DNA of 51,105 nucleotides from IMG/VR virus record IMGVR_UViG_3300045988_086227; one strand, given 5' to 3'. Below the pieces are notes generated by a model that was not told the origin of the DNA, did no database searches, and was given only the letters and a program-made list of their open reading frames with translations. A program made the translations under genes and the position numbers. This DNA comes from a virus. Below, in pieces: positions 33,269 to 40,289 of the stretch (positions are counted from its first letter, which is position 1; each line of letters starts with the position of its first letter).

Positions 33269-33297
33269 ATTATATCATATACCCGGTATATTGTCAA
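33269..33297 (-). promoter_or_regulatory. Exact-consensus sigma-70 promoter, - strand, with a palindromic operator in the spacer
   Basis: The - strand reads TTGACA - atataccgggtatatga - TATAAT. The spacer holds the perfect 7-1-7 palindrome ATATACCGGGTATAT (33277-33291). Confidence 0.65.
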
Positions 33298-33529
33298 GCA
33301 TTTTTTCAGAATTATCAGACTTTTTTTCAAAGTTTTTTTCAACTGTCGGAACAACTCCGCCCTTGGTCAGCCTGTACTTCTTTCCGGTCAGGATTTCGAG
33401 CACCGCGAGCATTCCTTGAACGTGTCCGAGCTGTTGTGCAATTCCAACCTCGTCACGACAGGCTTCCTTCCGCAGCCAGAAGTAGTACTCGATTTCCTGA
33501 TTGATTTTCAAAATGATTTCTGCCGTCAT
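33275..33529 (-). CDS. Hypothetical protein, 84 aa
   Basis: ORF with RBS AGAGAGGAAAG upstream of the ATG. No motif recognised. Confidence 0.5.
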   Translation of the reverse strand: MTAEIILKINQEIEYYFWLRKEACRDEVGIAQQLGHVQGMLAVLEILTGKKYRLTKGGVVPTVEKNFEKKSDNSEKMLDNIPGI

Positions 33530-33585
33530 GGTGGCTCTTTCCTCTCTTTTTATAGAACTATCATTTTCGCCTGCAAGCTGGCTGG

Positions 33586-33614
33586 ATTATAGTACGCAAA
33601 CGGCTTTTTGTCGA
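33586..33614 (-). promoter_or_regulatory. Near-consensus sigma-70 promoter, - strand
   Basis: The - strand reads TCGACA - 17 nt - TATAAT, preceded by an A-tract (UP-like). Confidence 0.55.
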
Positions 33615-33700
33615 GAGGCAGTCCGATTTTTTTTTGAGAATTTTCGGAGTTTATGGTGCAAGAAAAAAGCTGATGAAGAATACATGGACATCGTAATGAT

Positions 33701-33736
33701 AGACAGATAAAGGGCTGGAAATTGCTCCCCAGCCCT
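33701..33736 (-). terminator. Rho-independent terminator, - strand
   Basis: Stem agggctgg / ccagccct followed on the - strand by ttatctgtct. Confidence 0.5.
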
Positions 33737-33741
33737 TCATT

Positions 33742-33924
33742 TTATTCCTTGATTCTTTTGAGGAATTCCTCCTTGGAAATGATTCCGTCGATGTACGTGT
33801 CAAGCAGCTTCTTTTCTCGTGTTTTCTTTTGCTCCACAAATTCCCTGCGGCGCTGCTCGTTCCGTTCGTCGATTTCCTCCATGAGTTTGAGTTTTTCCTT
33901 TGTTGTCATGCGCTTCTTTTTCAA
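33742..33924 (-). CDS. Small basic coiled-coil protein; N-terminus is paralogous to 37078..37266
   Basis: TTG 33924 lies 7 nt after GGGAGG; alternative starts are GTG 33933 and ATG 33909. Contains MTTKEKLKLMEEIDERN. Confidence 0.45.
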   Translation of the reverse strand: MKKKRMTTKEKLKLMEEIDERNEQRRREFVEQKKTREKKLLDTYIDGIISKEEFLKRIKE

Positions 33925-33942
33925 AGCGTACACCTCCCTTAG

Positions 33943-33994
33943 ATATGTACATCATAGGGAAGTGTGTGAACTAATATCCCCATGATGTACATAT
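33943..33994. other. Candidate attP for the serine integrase
   Basis: Imperfect inverted repeat atatgtacatcataggg ... ccccatgatgtacatat (13 perfect bp plus extensions) spanning 52 bp, just beyond the int stop. Confidence 0.4.
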
Positions 33995-34004
33995 AAAACC
34001 TACA

Positions 34005-35540
34005 TTACAGCAGCAAGTAAATGTGCAGTCTGAACTGCGTTTCGCGTCCTTTCCTTCCGATGAAATCGTATTCGATTCTCCGCACAATCGCCTTCATGAG
34101 GCGGTTTTTTTGTTCCGGAGAAATCGTTTCATCCCGCAACCCTGCAACAGCCTCTTTGAGCTTGACAATCTTGTCTTTGTAGTCAATCTCTTTCGGAAGG
34201 TTCTGCTTAGCCTCGTATATCTTCGACCGCAGTTCCTCCATCTGCGCGTGGAGGGCTTTGTTCCTTTTCAGAAATACTTCTTCGGTATATGTGCCACTTT
34301 CCAGCAAGTCATGCTGCCGGTCTTCCTTGGCGACCAGCGCATCCATTTCTTTGTTCATCTTCTCAATCATCTTCTTCTGGATGCTTGCAGCTTTGCCATC
34401 GTTGTTATGCAGCTTGACTTCCAGTTCCGGCAGGTGCTCCATTTCCAGCGCAAAAGCCACGGCATCCACAACAACGCGCAGCTTCGCGGAGTTCGCATTG
34501 CAACCGCTCCGATTTCGGCACTCGACGCGCGTTTCAGCGTGCGGATAGGGATGCTGCGCCATAGCCTTCCCGCACTTGCAGCAAACGAGGATGCCAGCCA
34601 GCGGGTTCTTCAGATCCGTATCTACCTTCCTTCTCGGATTGTTGTCCATCTTCGCCTGTGCTGCCTCAAACAGCTCCAGTGGTACGATTGCAGGCTGCTT
34701 TCCTTTTGCGACGACAACTTCTTCCTTTGGCTGCTTCACGGAATGCAGGACGATTTCGCCGTTCTCGACGAATTTTTCCTTTCGCCTGTCTCCGAACACG
34801 ACCAGTCCGATGTAGTGCCGATTTTTCAGCATGACACGGATGGAGGTTTTTTCCCATGACTCGGTGCGGTATGGTTTAATCCCCATCTTGTCAAAGTGGC
34901 GGGCAATCTCCAGATATGTCCGCCCTTCGTTGACGTACATTTCAAACGCCATCAGTACAGCCGGTGCATATTCGTTCGGTTCGAGTGTACAGTCCCCGTC
35001 GGTATTGACGACCTTGTTATATCCGAATGGTGGGATGTTGCCGATGTAGCATCCGCGCTTCACGGCGGCGATCCGACCGCGCAGCAGAATCTCCTTCGTG
35101 TATTCGAGAAAGTCATTGCCGCGCATCAACTCCTGCTCGAAGAATTTCCGCTGCATCTTGTTAGTGAGGTCGTATGTCATGGTCAGCGTGACGACCTCTG
35201 TCTTGGAGAACCGGAAGGCATTCACGCATTTCCCGCAATCCTCCAAGTCTCCGCGTGAAAGACGCTGCGGGTCTGCGCACAACACGCCGCGCAGCTTTGG
35301 GTTCTCAATCATCGAAAGAACGATGTTGAACTGCGGGCGTTCCGCAATCGTTTCACCGGAAACCACTTCCCGGAAAATGCAATGCTCCGGGATGCGACCT
35401 CCAAGGTCACGTTCTGCAAGCTCCTGCAAGAGTGATTCGTGCTTTTCCAGCACCTCCTCTACCGATTCGTGCGGGTTATCCGCACGAGATTTCCGCAAGT
35501 ACATGATGTACTCATCTGCTGTCAAAATGTTGTCTGCCAT
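34005..35540 (-). CDS. int: Large serine recombinase (prophage integrase)
   Basis: Resolvase-type N-terminus YLRKSRAD (catalytic Ser), a recombinase domain, the Cys cluster CCKCG...ECRNRSGC and a C-terminal coiled coil. ATG 35540 chosen as start. Confidence 0.9.
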   Translation of the reverse strand: MADNILTADEYIMYLRKSRADNPHESVEEVLEKHESLLQELAERDLGGRIPEHCIFREVVSGETIAERPQFNIVLSMIENPKLRGVLCADPQRLSRGDLEDCGKCVNAFRFSKTEVVTLTMTYDLTNKMQRKFFEQELMRGNDFLEYTKEILLRGRIAAVKRGCYIGNIPPFGYNKVVNTDGDCTLEPNEYAPAVLMAFEMYVNEGRTYLEIARHFDKMGIKPYRTESWEKTSIRVMLKNRHYIGLVVFGDRRKEKFVENGEIVLHSVKQPKEEVVVAKGKQPAIVPLELFEAAQAKMDNNPRRKVDTDLKNPLAGILVCCKCGKAMAQHPYPHAETRVECRNRSGCNANSAKLRVVVDAVAFALEMEHLPELEVKLHNNDGKAASIQKKMIEKMNKEMDALVAKEDRQHDLLESGTYTEEVFLKRNKALHAQMEELRSKIYEAKQNLPKEIDYKDKIVKLKEAVAGLRDETISPEQKNRLMKAIVRRIEYDFIGRKGRETQFRLHIYLLL

Positions 35541-35680
35541 TCCTTCTTTCCCCCTATGCTTGGTTACAAATGTAGTTGCAATTATTGCTGACAAAGATGA
35601 AAGTTTCACCCCCTTTTTCTTGGTATTTCCGCAGTGTCCCGGCAATCACCCCCTTTCAGAAGGGCACTCTATATATATCG

Positions 35681-36079
35681 TTACTCGCTCTCTTTATGCT
35701 CTGTCCTTGTTTCAGTTGCATTTCGTCGATACACCAAGTATTTTGCAAACTCAATGATTTCCTGATTTTCCTTATCAGAAAATTCAATGTCGCCAAGCTC
35801 TTTGCACCACGTTTCCATGTGACGCAGCTGTATTCCATCCGCTGAAATATAAGAAGCAACCGCTAATTCCTCGGAATGATCCAAGCCAATCAGGTAGGCT
35901 GGCGTTGTGTTCAAGGCAGTGGCGAGCTTTGCAAGCACGTCTGAACTCACTTTGTCAATCGCTCCGCTTTCGTAGCGGTATACGGTTGACCGGTCTTTAC
36001 CTATCGTCCTTGCTAAACTGTCAATCGACATTTTTAGCTCGATTCTTCGTCGTTTGATTCTTTTCCCTATTGTTTTCAT
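35681..36079 (-). CDS. XRE-family HTH regulator (CI-like repressor candidate A)
   Basis: Pattern IGKRIKRRRIELKMSIDSLARTIGKDRSTVYRYESG...LAKLATALNTTPAYLIG. Confidence 0.85.
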   Translation of the reverse strand: MKTIGKRIKRRRIELKMSIDSLARTIGKDRSTVYRYESGAIDKVSSDVLAKLATALNTTPAYLIGLDHSEELAVASYISADGIQLRHMETWCKELGDIEFSDKENQEIIEFAKYLVYRRNATETRTEHKESE

Positions 36080-36144
36080 TGGCGTTCATCCTTTCAATCT
36101 AACAATTTTTCGTTATGTCGCATAAATGCATCAAGATTGCATAT

Positions 36145-36153
36145 TGTTATAAT
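36145..36153 (+). promoter_or_regulatory. Extended -10 promoter element (TGTTATAAT)
   Basis: TGnTATAAT at 36145-36153 with no good -35. Lies about 95 nt upstream of ATG 36251. Confidence 0.35.
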
Positions 36154-36250
36154 AAACCAGTTGTCGGACTATTCCATCTGGTGCTACTATTCCCAATAGA
36201 CGAACGCCCCAGAAACGCTCGCCTGATTGTAGATCGAAAGGAGTAACAGC

Positions 36251-36409
36251 ATGACCCCCAAGGAAGAACTGATCGCGTACATTAGGAGCCTCTCAGCGGA
36301 AGAAGCAAAAGAAGCGCTTCTTATCGCTTCTGCTTGGCTTTCAGAGCTGCAAGAAGCAAAGCAGCATCCTCGTCAGAAAGAGTCTTTACCATTTCAATTA
36401 GCGCATTGA
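36251..36409 (+). CDS. Small ORF (52 aa) convergent with and overlapping the 3' end of XRE-B
   Basis: Strong RBS AAAGGAG 8 nt upstream. Sequence MTPKEELIAYIRSLSAEEAKEALLIASAWLSEL... Overlaps 36321..36680 by 89 nt on the opposite strand. Confidence 0.35.
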   Translation: MTPKEELIAYIRSLSAEEAKEALLIASAWLSELQEAKQHPRQKESLPFQLAH

Positions 36410-36680
36410 CGTTTTCTGAAAGCCCGTTATCTTCAGCGGGCTTTTCTTGCTCCACCTTATCTTCAATTAAGTCTGATTTCTGGATTCCAAAATAATCAGC
36501 CATAATTTCGATTCGATCTATACGCGGGTACTTTTTTCCGTTCACCCACTCCGTCACGGTGGAATAAGGAAAGCCCCATGTATTCGCGAGCTCACGCCTG
36601 TCTTTCCCTGATTGCTCAATATAGCGTTTCAGATTCTTTGAGAATATAGCCTTGTTACCAAGTGCACTCACCTTCATCAC
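36321..36680 (-). CDS. XRE-family HTH regulator (repressor candidate B)
   Basis: Pattern FSKNLKRYIEQSGKDRRELANTWGFPYSTVTEWVNGKKYPRIDRIEIMADYFG. The true start may be GTG 36671, 8 nt after GGAGG. Confidence 0.8.
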   Translation of the reverse strand: MMKVSALGNKAIFSKNLKRYIEQSGKDRRELANTWGFPYSTVTEWVNGKKYPRIDRIEIMADYFGIQKSDLIEDKVEQEKPAEDNGLSENVNALIEMVKTLSDEDAALLLAALKAKQKR

Positions 36681-36694
36681 CTCCCTTCTGCTAT

Positions 36695-36723
36695 ATAATA
36701 CACCTAAAGCGTTAGTAATTCAA
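36695..36723 (-). promoter_or_regulatory. Promoter of repressor B
   Basis: The - strand reads TTGAAT - 17 nt - TATTAT. Operator copy O1 lies in the spacer. Confidence 0.55.
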
Positions 36724-36753
36724 TAAGAAAAGAAAAAAATTACGCTTTAAGGG

Positions 36754-36782
36754 TTGACAAAACTATTTCAGTATAGTATCAT
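36754..36782 (+). promoter_or_regulatory. Early rightward promoter (cro-side)
   Basis: TTGACA - 17 nt - TATCAT. The O3 palindrome lies between the -10 and the RBS. Confidence 0.6.
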
Positions 36783-36831
36783 GGCATTGTCGGAAAACGC
36801 TTAAAGCGTTACTTGAAAGGCAGGTGAGAAT

Positions 36832-37023
36832 ATGCGAATTACTTTGAAGGCTGCACGAGTCAACAAAAATTTGACTCAGGAACAGGTTGCGGACGAGTTG
36901 AAGGTGACCAAGAAAACCGTTGGCTCTTGGGAAAGTGGCAAAACCCGCCCGAAGCTGGAAAAGATTGAACCGTTGTGTGAGCTGTATGGCGTATCATACG
37001 ACGACATCGCTTGGAATACCTAA
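36832..37023 (+). CDS. Cro-like XRE HTH protein
   Basis: 63 aa, LKAARVNKNLTQEQVADELKVTKKTVGSWESG. Divergent from repressor B. Confidence 0.8.
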   Translation: MRITLKAARVNKNLTQEQVADELKVTKKTVGSWESGKTRPKLEKIEPLCELYGVSYDDIAWNT

Positions 37024-37077
37024 TTTTTTTTGTTCGACATAACGCTTTAAGTGTTTTTGCGAAAAGGAGGAAACACA

Positions 37078-37266
37078 ATGACCACTCGCGAGCAATTGAA
37101 GCTGATGGACGCAATCAGGAAGAAGAATGACGCGAGCATCGCCAAGTACATAGAACAAATGCGCGTGGAGGCAGCGAGCCACACGACGGAGCAGACGGCG
37201 AAGGAATTTTCGACCGACGCGGAAGTCGAGTTTGAGATTGCGCGTCTGCTGGACGAAACGAGGTGA
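37078..37266 (+). CDS. Small hypothetical protein; N-terminus is paralogous to 33742..33924
   Basis: ATG follows AAAGGAGG. Starts MTTREQLKLMDAIRKKN... Confidence 0.5.
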   Translation: MTTREQLKLMDAIRKKNDASIAKYIEQMRVEAASHTTEQTAKEFSTDAEVEFEIARLLDETR

Positions 37267-37270
37267 GCCG

Positions 37271-37435
37271 ATGGAAGAGTATACGACCTGCACCTACAAG
37301 TACGGAAGCGCGGAAATCGTCGTATACCGACCGATTATCAAAGAGCAGGAACGCAAGAAGCGTGAGGAAGCCATCAAGCAGGCGCTTGTCTGCTACGGAA
37401 AGGCAAAGCTCACGCAGCGAGAGGAGGGAGCATGA
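37271..37435 (+). CDS. Small hypothetical protein (54 aa)
   Basis: ATG follows GAGGTGA. No motif recognised. Confidence 0.45.
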   Translation: MEEYTTCTYKYGSAEIVVYRPIIKEQERKKREEAIKQALVCYGKAKLTQREEGA

Positions 37436-37632
37436 TGTTCATGACCGATGACCCTGCTGCGGACTATGACCGCTATTGCGCTGAGCTGGAACAGGCACGG
37501 TTCTTATTGCCTGAATGTTCTGAATGTGGGAAGAAAATCGAGGATGAGTTCTGCTACCAGGTCAATGACGAAATTATCTGCGAAGCCTGCATGGAGAAGT
37601 TCAGGAAATACACAATTGATTTGATGGGGTGA
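37432..37632 (+). CDS. Small zinc-ribbon protein
   Basis: CSECG...CEAC, two CxxC pairs, 66 aa. Confidence 0.5.
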   Translation: MMFMTDDPAADYDRYCAELEQARFLLPECSECGKKIEDEFCYQVNDEIICEACMEKFRKYTIDLMG

Positions 37633-37638
37633 CACGAC

Positions 37639-38541
37639 ATGAGCGGTTTGTGTGGCGCAGAAGCAAAGGGGTTCGTCAAGCTGGTCGATTCCCTCTGCGG
37701 ACGGCGCTCTCGCTGGGAAGTATGGAAGGACATGACGTGGCTGTTTGCCACCACCATTTCCAACGCAGTGGATGGACGTCACCGCGAGAAGCGGGAGCAG
37801 CAGTACATGGGCATCGCCAAGCATTACAGCAATGACGAGCTGGATACCTTCGCGAAGCTGTTTGCGCAGTTGGTCGTCATCCTTGAACAAAAGCGCGGCT
37901 ATTGCGATTTTCTCGGCGAGCTGTTCATGATGCTGGAGCTTGGCAATGACGCTGGCGGGCAGTTCTTCACGCCATATGATGTGTGCAAGGTGATGGCAAA
38001 GGTCAGTATGCCCGATGTACAGGCGACAGTCAAGCGGGATGGATACATCAGCGTGAACGACCCAGCCTGCGGCGCGGGCGCGACGCTGATTGCGGCAGCA
38101 GACATCATGCTCAACGAGTACAACGTCAACTTCCAGACAAGAGCGTTGTTCGTTGGGCAGGACATCGACTACACAACCGGATTGATGTGCTACATCCAGA
38201 TGTCGCTAATTGGCATGGCAGGCTACGTCCACATCGGCAATACACTGACAGAACCCATGACCGGACATGCCCTGTTCGGGGACGGCGGCGAGAACACTTG
38301 GTATACACCGATGTACTTCTCCGGAATCTGGGAAGGGCGCAGGCAATGCGCACTGATGGACAGATTCCTCCGCAGCGTGGCGCAACAGCAGCCAAACGAA
38401 AAGCAGCCGGAGGAACAGCATCCCGTCATGCCGGAAACGGAGACAATTCCAGTCAGACAGAAACCCACACAGAAACCCACGCAGAAAGCCAAGGCAAAAA
38501 ACGAGCAAATGACACTATGGGAAATCTGCTCGGAAGTATGA
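37639..38541 (+). CDS. HsdM/N6-methylase-like protein lacking catalytic motif IV
   Basis: Has GQFFTPYDVCKVMA and motif I NDPACGAGATLI, then FVGQDIDYTTGLMCYIQMSLIG, but I found no (N/D)PP(F/Y/W). The C-terminus is a low-complexity Q/P/K-rich tail. Confidence 0.6.
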   Translation: MSGLCGAEAKGFVKLVDSLCGRRSRWEVWKDMTWLFATTISNAVDGRHREKREQQYMGIAKHYSNDELDTFAKLFAQLVVILEQKRGYCDFLGELFMMLELGNDAGGQFFTPYDVCKVMAKVSMPDVQATVKRDGYISVNDPACGAGATLIAAADIMLNEYNVNFQTRALFVGQDIDYTTGLMCYIQMSLIGMAGYVHIGNTLTEPMTGHALFGDGGENTWYTPMYFSGIWEGRRQCALMDRFLRSVAQQQPNEKQPEEQHPVMPETETIPVRQKPTQKPTQKAKAKNEQMTLWEICSEV

Positions 38542-38561
38542 CGAAAATAGGAGGGAACAGA

Positions 38562-38717
38562 ATGCAGAAAATCGACATTAAGGCATTGATGCACGTCAAG
38601 GCGTGCAAAGACAGGCTGACATTGCAACAGTACCGCACATTGCGCGGTCAGGTGTTAGCCGGTGATGGCGAAGGTGCTATGAAAGGACTGCGGAGGCTGT
38701 TAAGCAATGGCAGTTGA
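38562..38717 (+). CDS. Small hypothetical protein (51 aa)
   Basis: ATG follows GGAGGG. Overlaps the start of the exonuclease gene. Confidence 0.45.
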   Translation: MQKIDIKALMHVKACKDRLTLQQYRTLRGQVLAGDGEGAMKGLRRLLSNGS

Positions 38718-39363
38718 AATGAAGGCTCTGAAAACGCACGAGGATTGGCTGGAAAACCGCCGGAAAGGTCTCGGCGGCAGTGAAGTGGCAGCTGTGGTCG
38801 GTATGAACCCATACATGAACAACGTGACCCTGTGGGAGCTGAAAACAGGAAGAAGGGAGCGCAAGGACATATCGGATAAACCATGTGTGCAGTACGGCAC
38901 ACAGGCAGAGAGATACCTGCGCGGGCTGTTCCGACTGGATTTTCCACAGTACCGTGTGGAATATGTGGAAAACAACACATGGAAAAATGACCGCTTTCCA
39001 TGGGCAAAAGCCAGCTTGGATGGATGGATGTATGACCAAGACGGGCGCATGGGCGTGCTGGAGATTAAGACCAGTGAGATGCTTGGAGCGGCTCAGTGGG
39101 CGAAATGGCGAGACCAGATACCGCAAAACTACTTTTGCCAGTGCCTTTTCTATATGGCGGTGGTGGAGGCAGACTTCTGCCTCCTCAAAGCACAGCTTAA
39201 AACGGAGCGCGAAGACATGCCCAGACTGCAAACAAGGCACTACCTGATAAATCGGGACGATGTGCAGGACGACATCGACTATCTGATGACGAAAGGCGCG
39301 GAGTTCTGGGGTTATGTCGAAAGGGACGAACGACCGCCACTGGTGTTGCCGGAAGTCCTTTGA
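38707..39363 (+). CDS. YqaJ-like recombination exonuclease
   Basis: GLGGSEVAAVVGMNPY... and LEIKT motifs (PD-(D/E)XK, lambda Exo/YqaJ-like). Lies upstream of recT. Confidence 0.8.
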   Translation: MAVEMKALKTHEDWLENRRKGLGGSEVAAVVGMNPYMNNVTLWELKTGRRERKDISDKPCVQYGTQAERYLRGLFRLDFPQYRVEYVENNTWKNDRFPWAKASLDGWMYDQDGRMGVLEIKTSEMLGAAQWAKWRDQIPQNYFCQCLFYMAVVEADFCLLKAQLKTEREDMPRLQTRHYLINRDDVQDDIDYLMTKGAEFWGYVERDERPPLVLPEVL

Positions 39364-39384
39364 AAATAAAAGGAGGATACCACA

Positions 39385-40206
39385 ATGGAACTGAAACTGA
39401 TTCCCTACACAGTCCCGCAGTCCATTACATGGAACTATGAGGAACTGAAAGCAGAGCTGACCGCGAAGGCATCGGAGTATGCTTCCATCGTCTACACGGA
39501 CGATCAGGTCAAGGCTGCTAAGGCTGACCGAGCGAACCTGAACCGGCTGAAGAAGGCGCTGAACGACGAACGCATCCGGCAGGAGCGGGAGTACATGCAG
39601 CCTTTCAACAACTTCAAGGCACAAATCAATGAGGTCATCGGCATCATTGACAAGCCTATTGAAGCCATCGACAGACAGGTGAAGGCGTTCGAGAACAAGC
39701 AGAAGGATGAAAAGCGCAAAGCAATCACCGACTACTGGGAGGAAACCGGTGCGCCTGAATGGATGCGCACCTACCAGACCGCATGGCTGAATGCCTCCCG
39801 CTCCTTGAAGGATGTCCAAGCGGAGATTGACAGCCTCATCGCACAATCGGAAAAAGACCTCGCTGTTATCCATGACCTGCCTGCTTACGCATTCGATGCA
39901 GAGAAAAACTACAAGCAGACACGTAGCCTGACGGAGGCTCTCAGCGAAGCTAAGCGTCTTGAAAAGCTGGAAGAGCAGAAGGCAGCCTACGAAGCTAAAC
40001 AGGAAAAGCGCAAGAGTGAGGCGGCAATTGCTCAGGGTTCCCGAACTGCTGAACCGGCGCATGAACCCGAACCGGCGCATGAACTGCCTGTAGAGCAACC
40101 GCGTGAGTGGGTATCATTCAAGGCACTGCTCACCACGGACGATGCGAAGGCGCTGAAAATTTTCTGCCAACAGCGCGGCATTAGGATTGAGGCTCTGGCT
40201 CTGTGA
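39385..40206 (+). CDS. DUF1351-like recombination-module protein
   Basis: The pattern ITWNYEELKAELTAKASEYASIVYTDDQVKAAKADRANLNRLKKALNDERI is recalled from DUF1351 proteins. Confidence 0.55.
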   Translation: MELKLIPYTVPQSITWNYEELKAELTAKASEYASIVYTDDQVKAAKADRANLNRLKKALNDERIRQEREYMQPFNNFKAQINEVIGIIDKPIEAIDRQVKAFENKQKDEKRKAITDYWEETGAPEWMRTYQTAWLNASRSLKDVQAEIDSLIAQSEKDLAVIHDLPAYAFDAEKNYKQTRSLTEALSEAKRLEKLEEQKAAYEAKQEKRKSEAAIAQGSRTAEPAHEPEPAHELPVEQPREWVSFKALLTTDDAKALKIFCQQRGIRIEALAL

Positions 40207-40289
40207 TGGCTCTGAAAATCATGCTGGCATACAGGGAATGGCGGCAGGTCATTGCAGATTCGGATAACGAGAAATAGGAGGAGTAACTC

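Larger units (their letters stand above)
36704..37051. promoter_or_regulatory. Four copies of an operator-like motif, ACGCTTTAAG / CTTAAAGCGT
   Basis: O1 36704-14 (ctaaagcgtta), O2 36741-51 (tacgctttaag), O3 36796-36810 (7-1-7 palindrome aacgcttaaagcgtt), O4 37041-51 (aacgctttaag). Confidence 0.6.

Noticed and set aside
32161-33592. + strand ORFs 32161..33084 (307 aa), 32972..33592 (206 aa) and 33060..33419 (119 aa).
   Set aside because: They are antisense to six RBS-preceded - strand genes. Their products are Phe/Leu/Ser-rich and low in complexity, and they have no RBS. The + strand promoter at 33014 more likely makes a non-coding antisense RNA.
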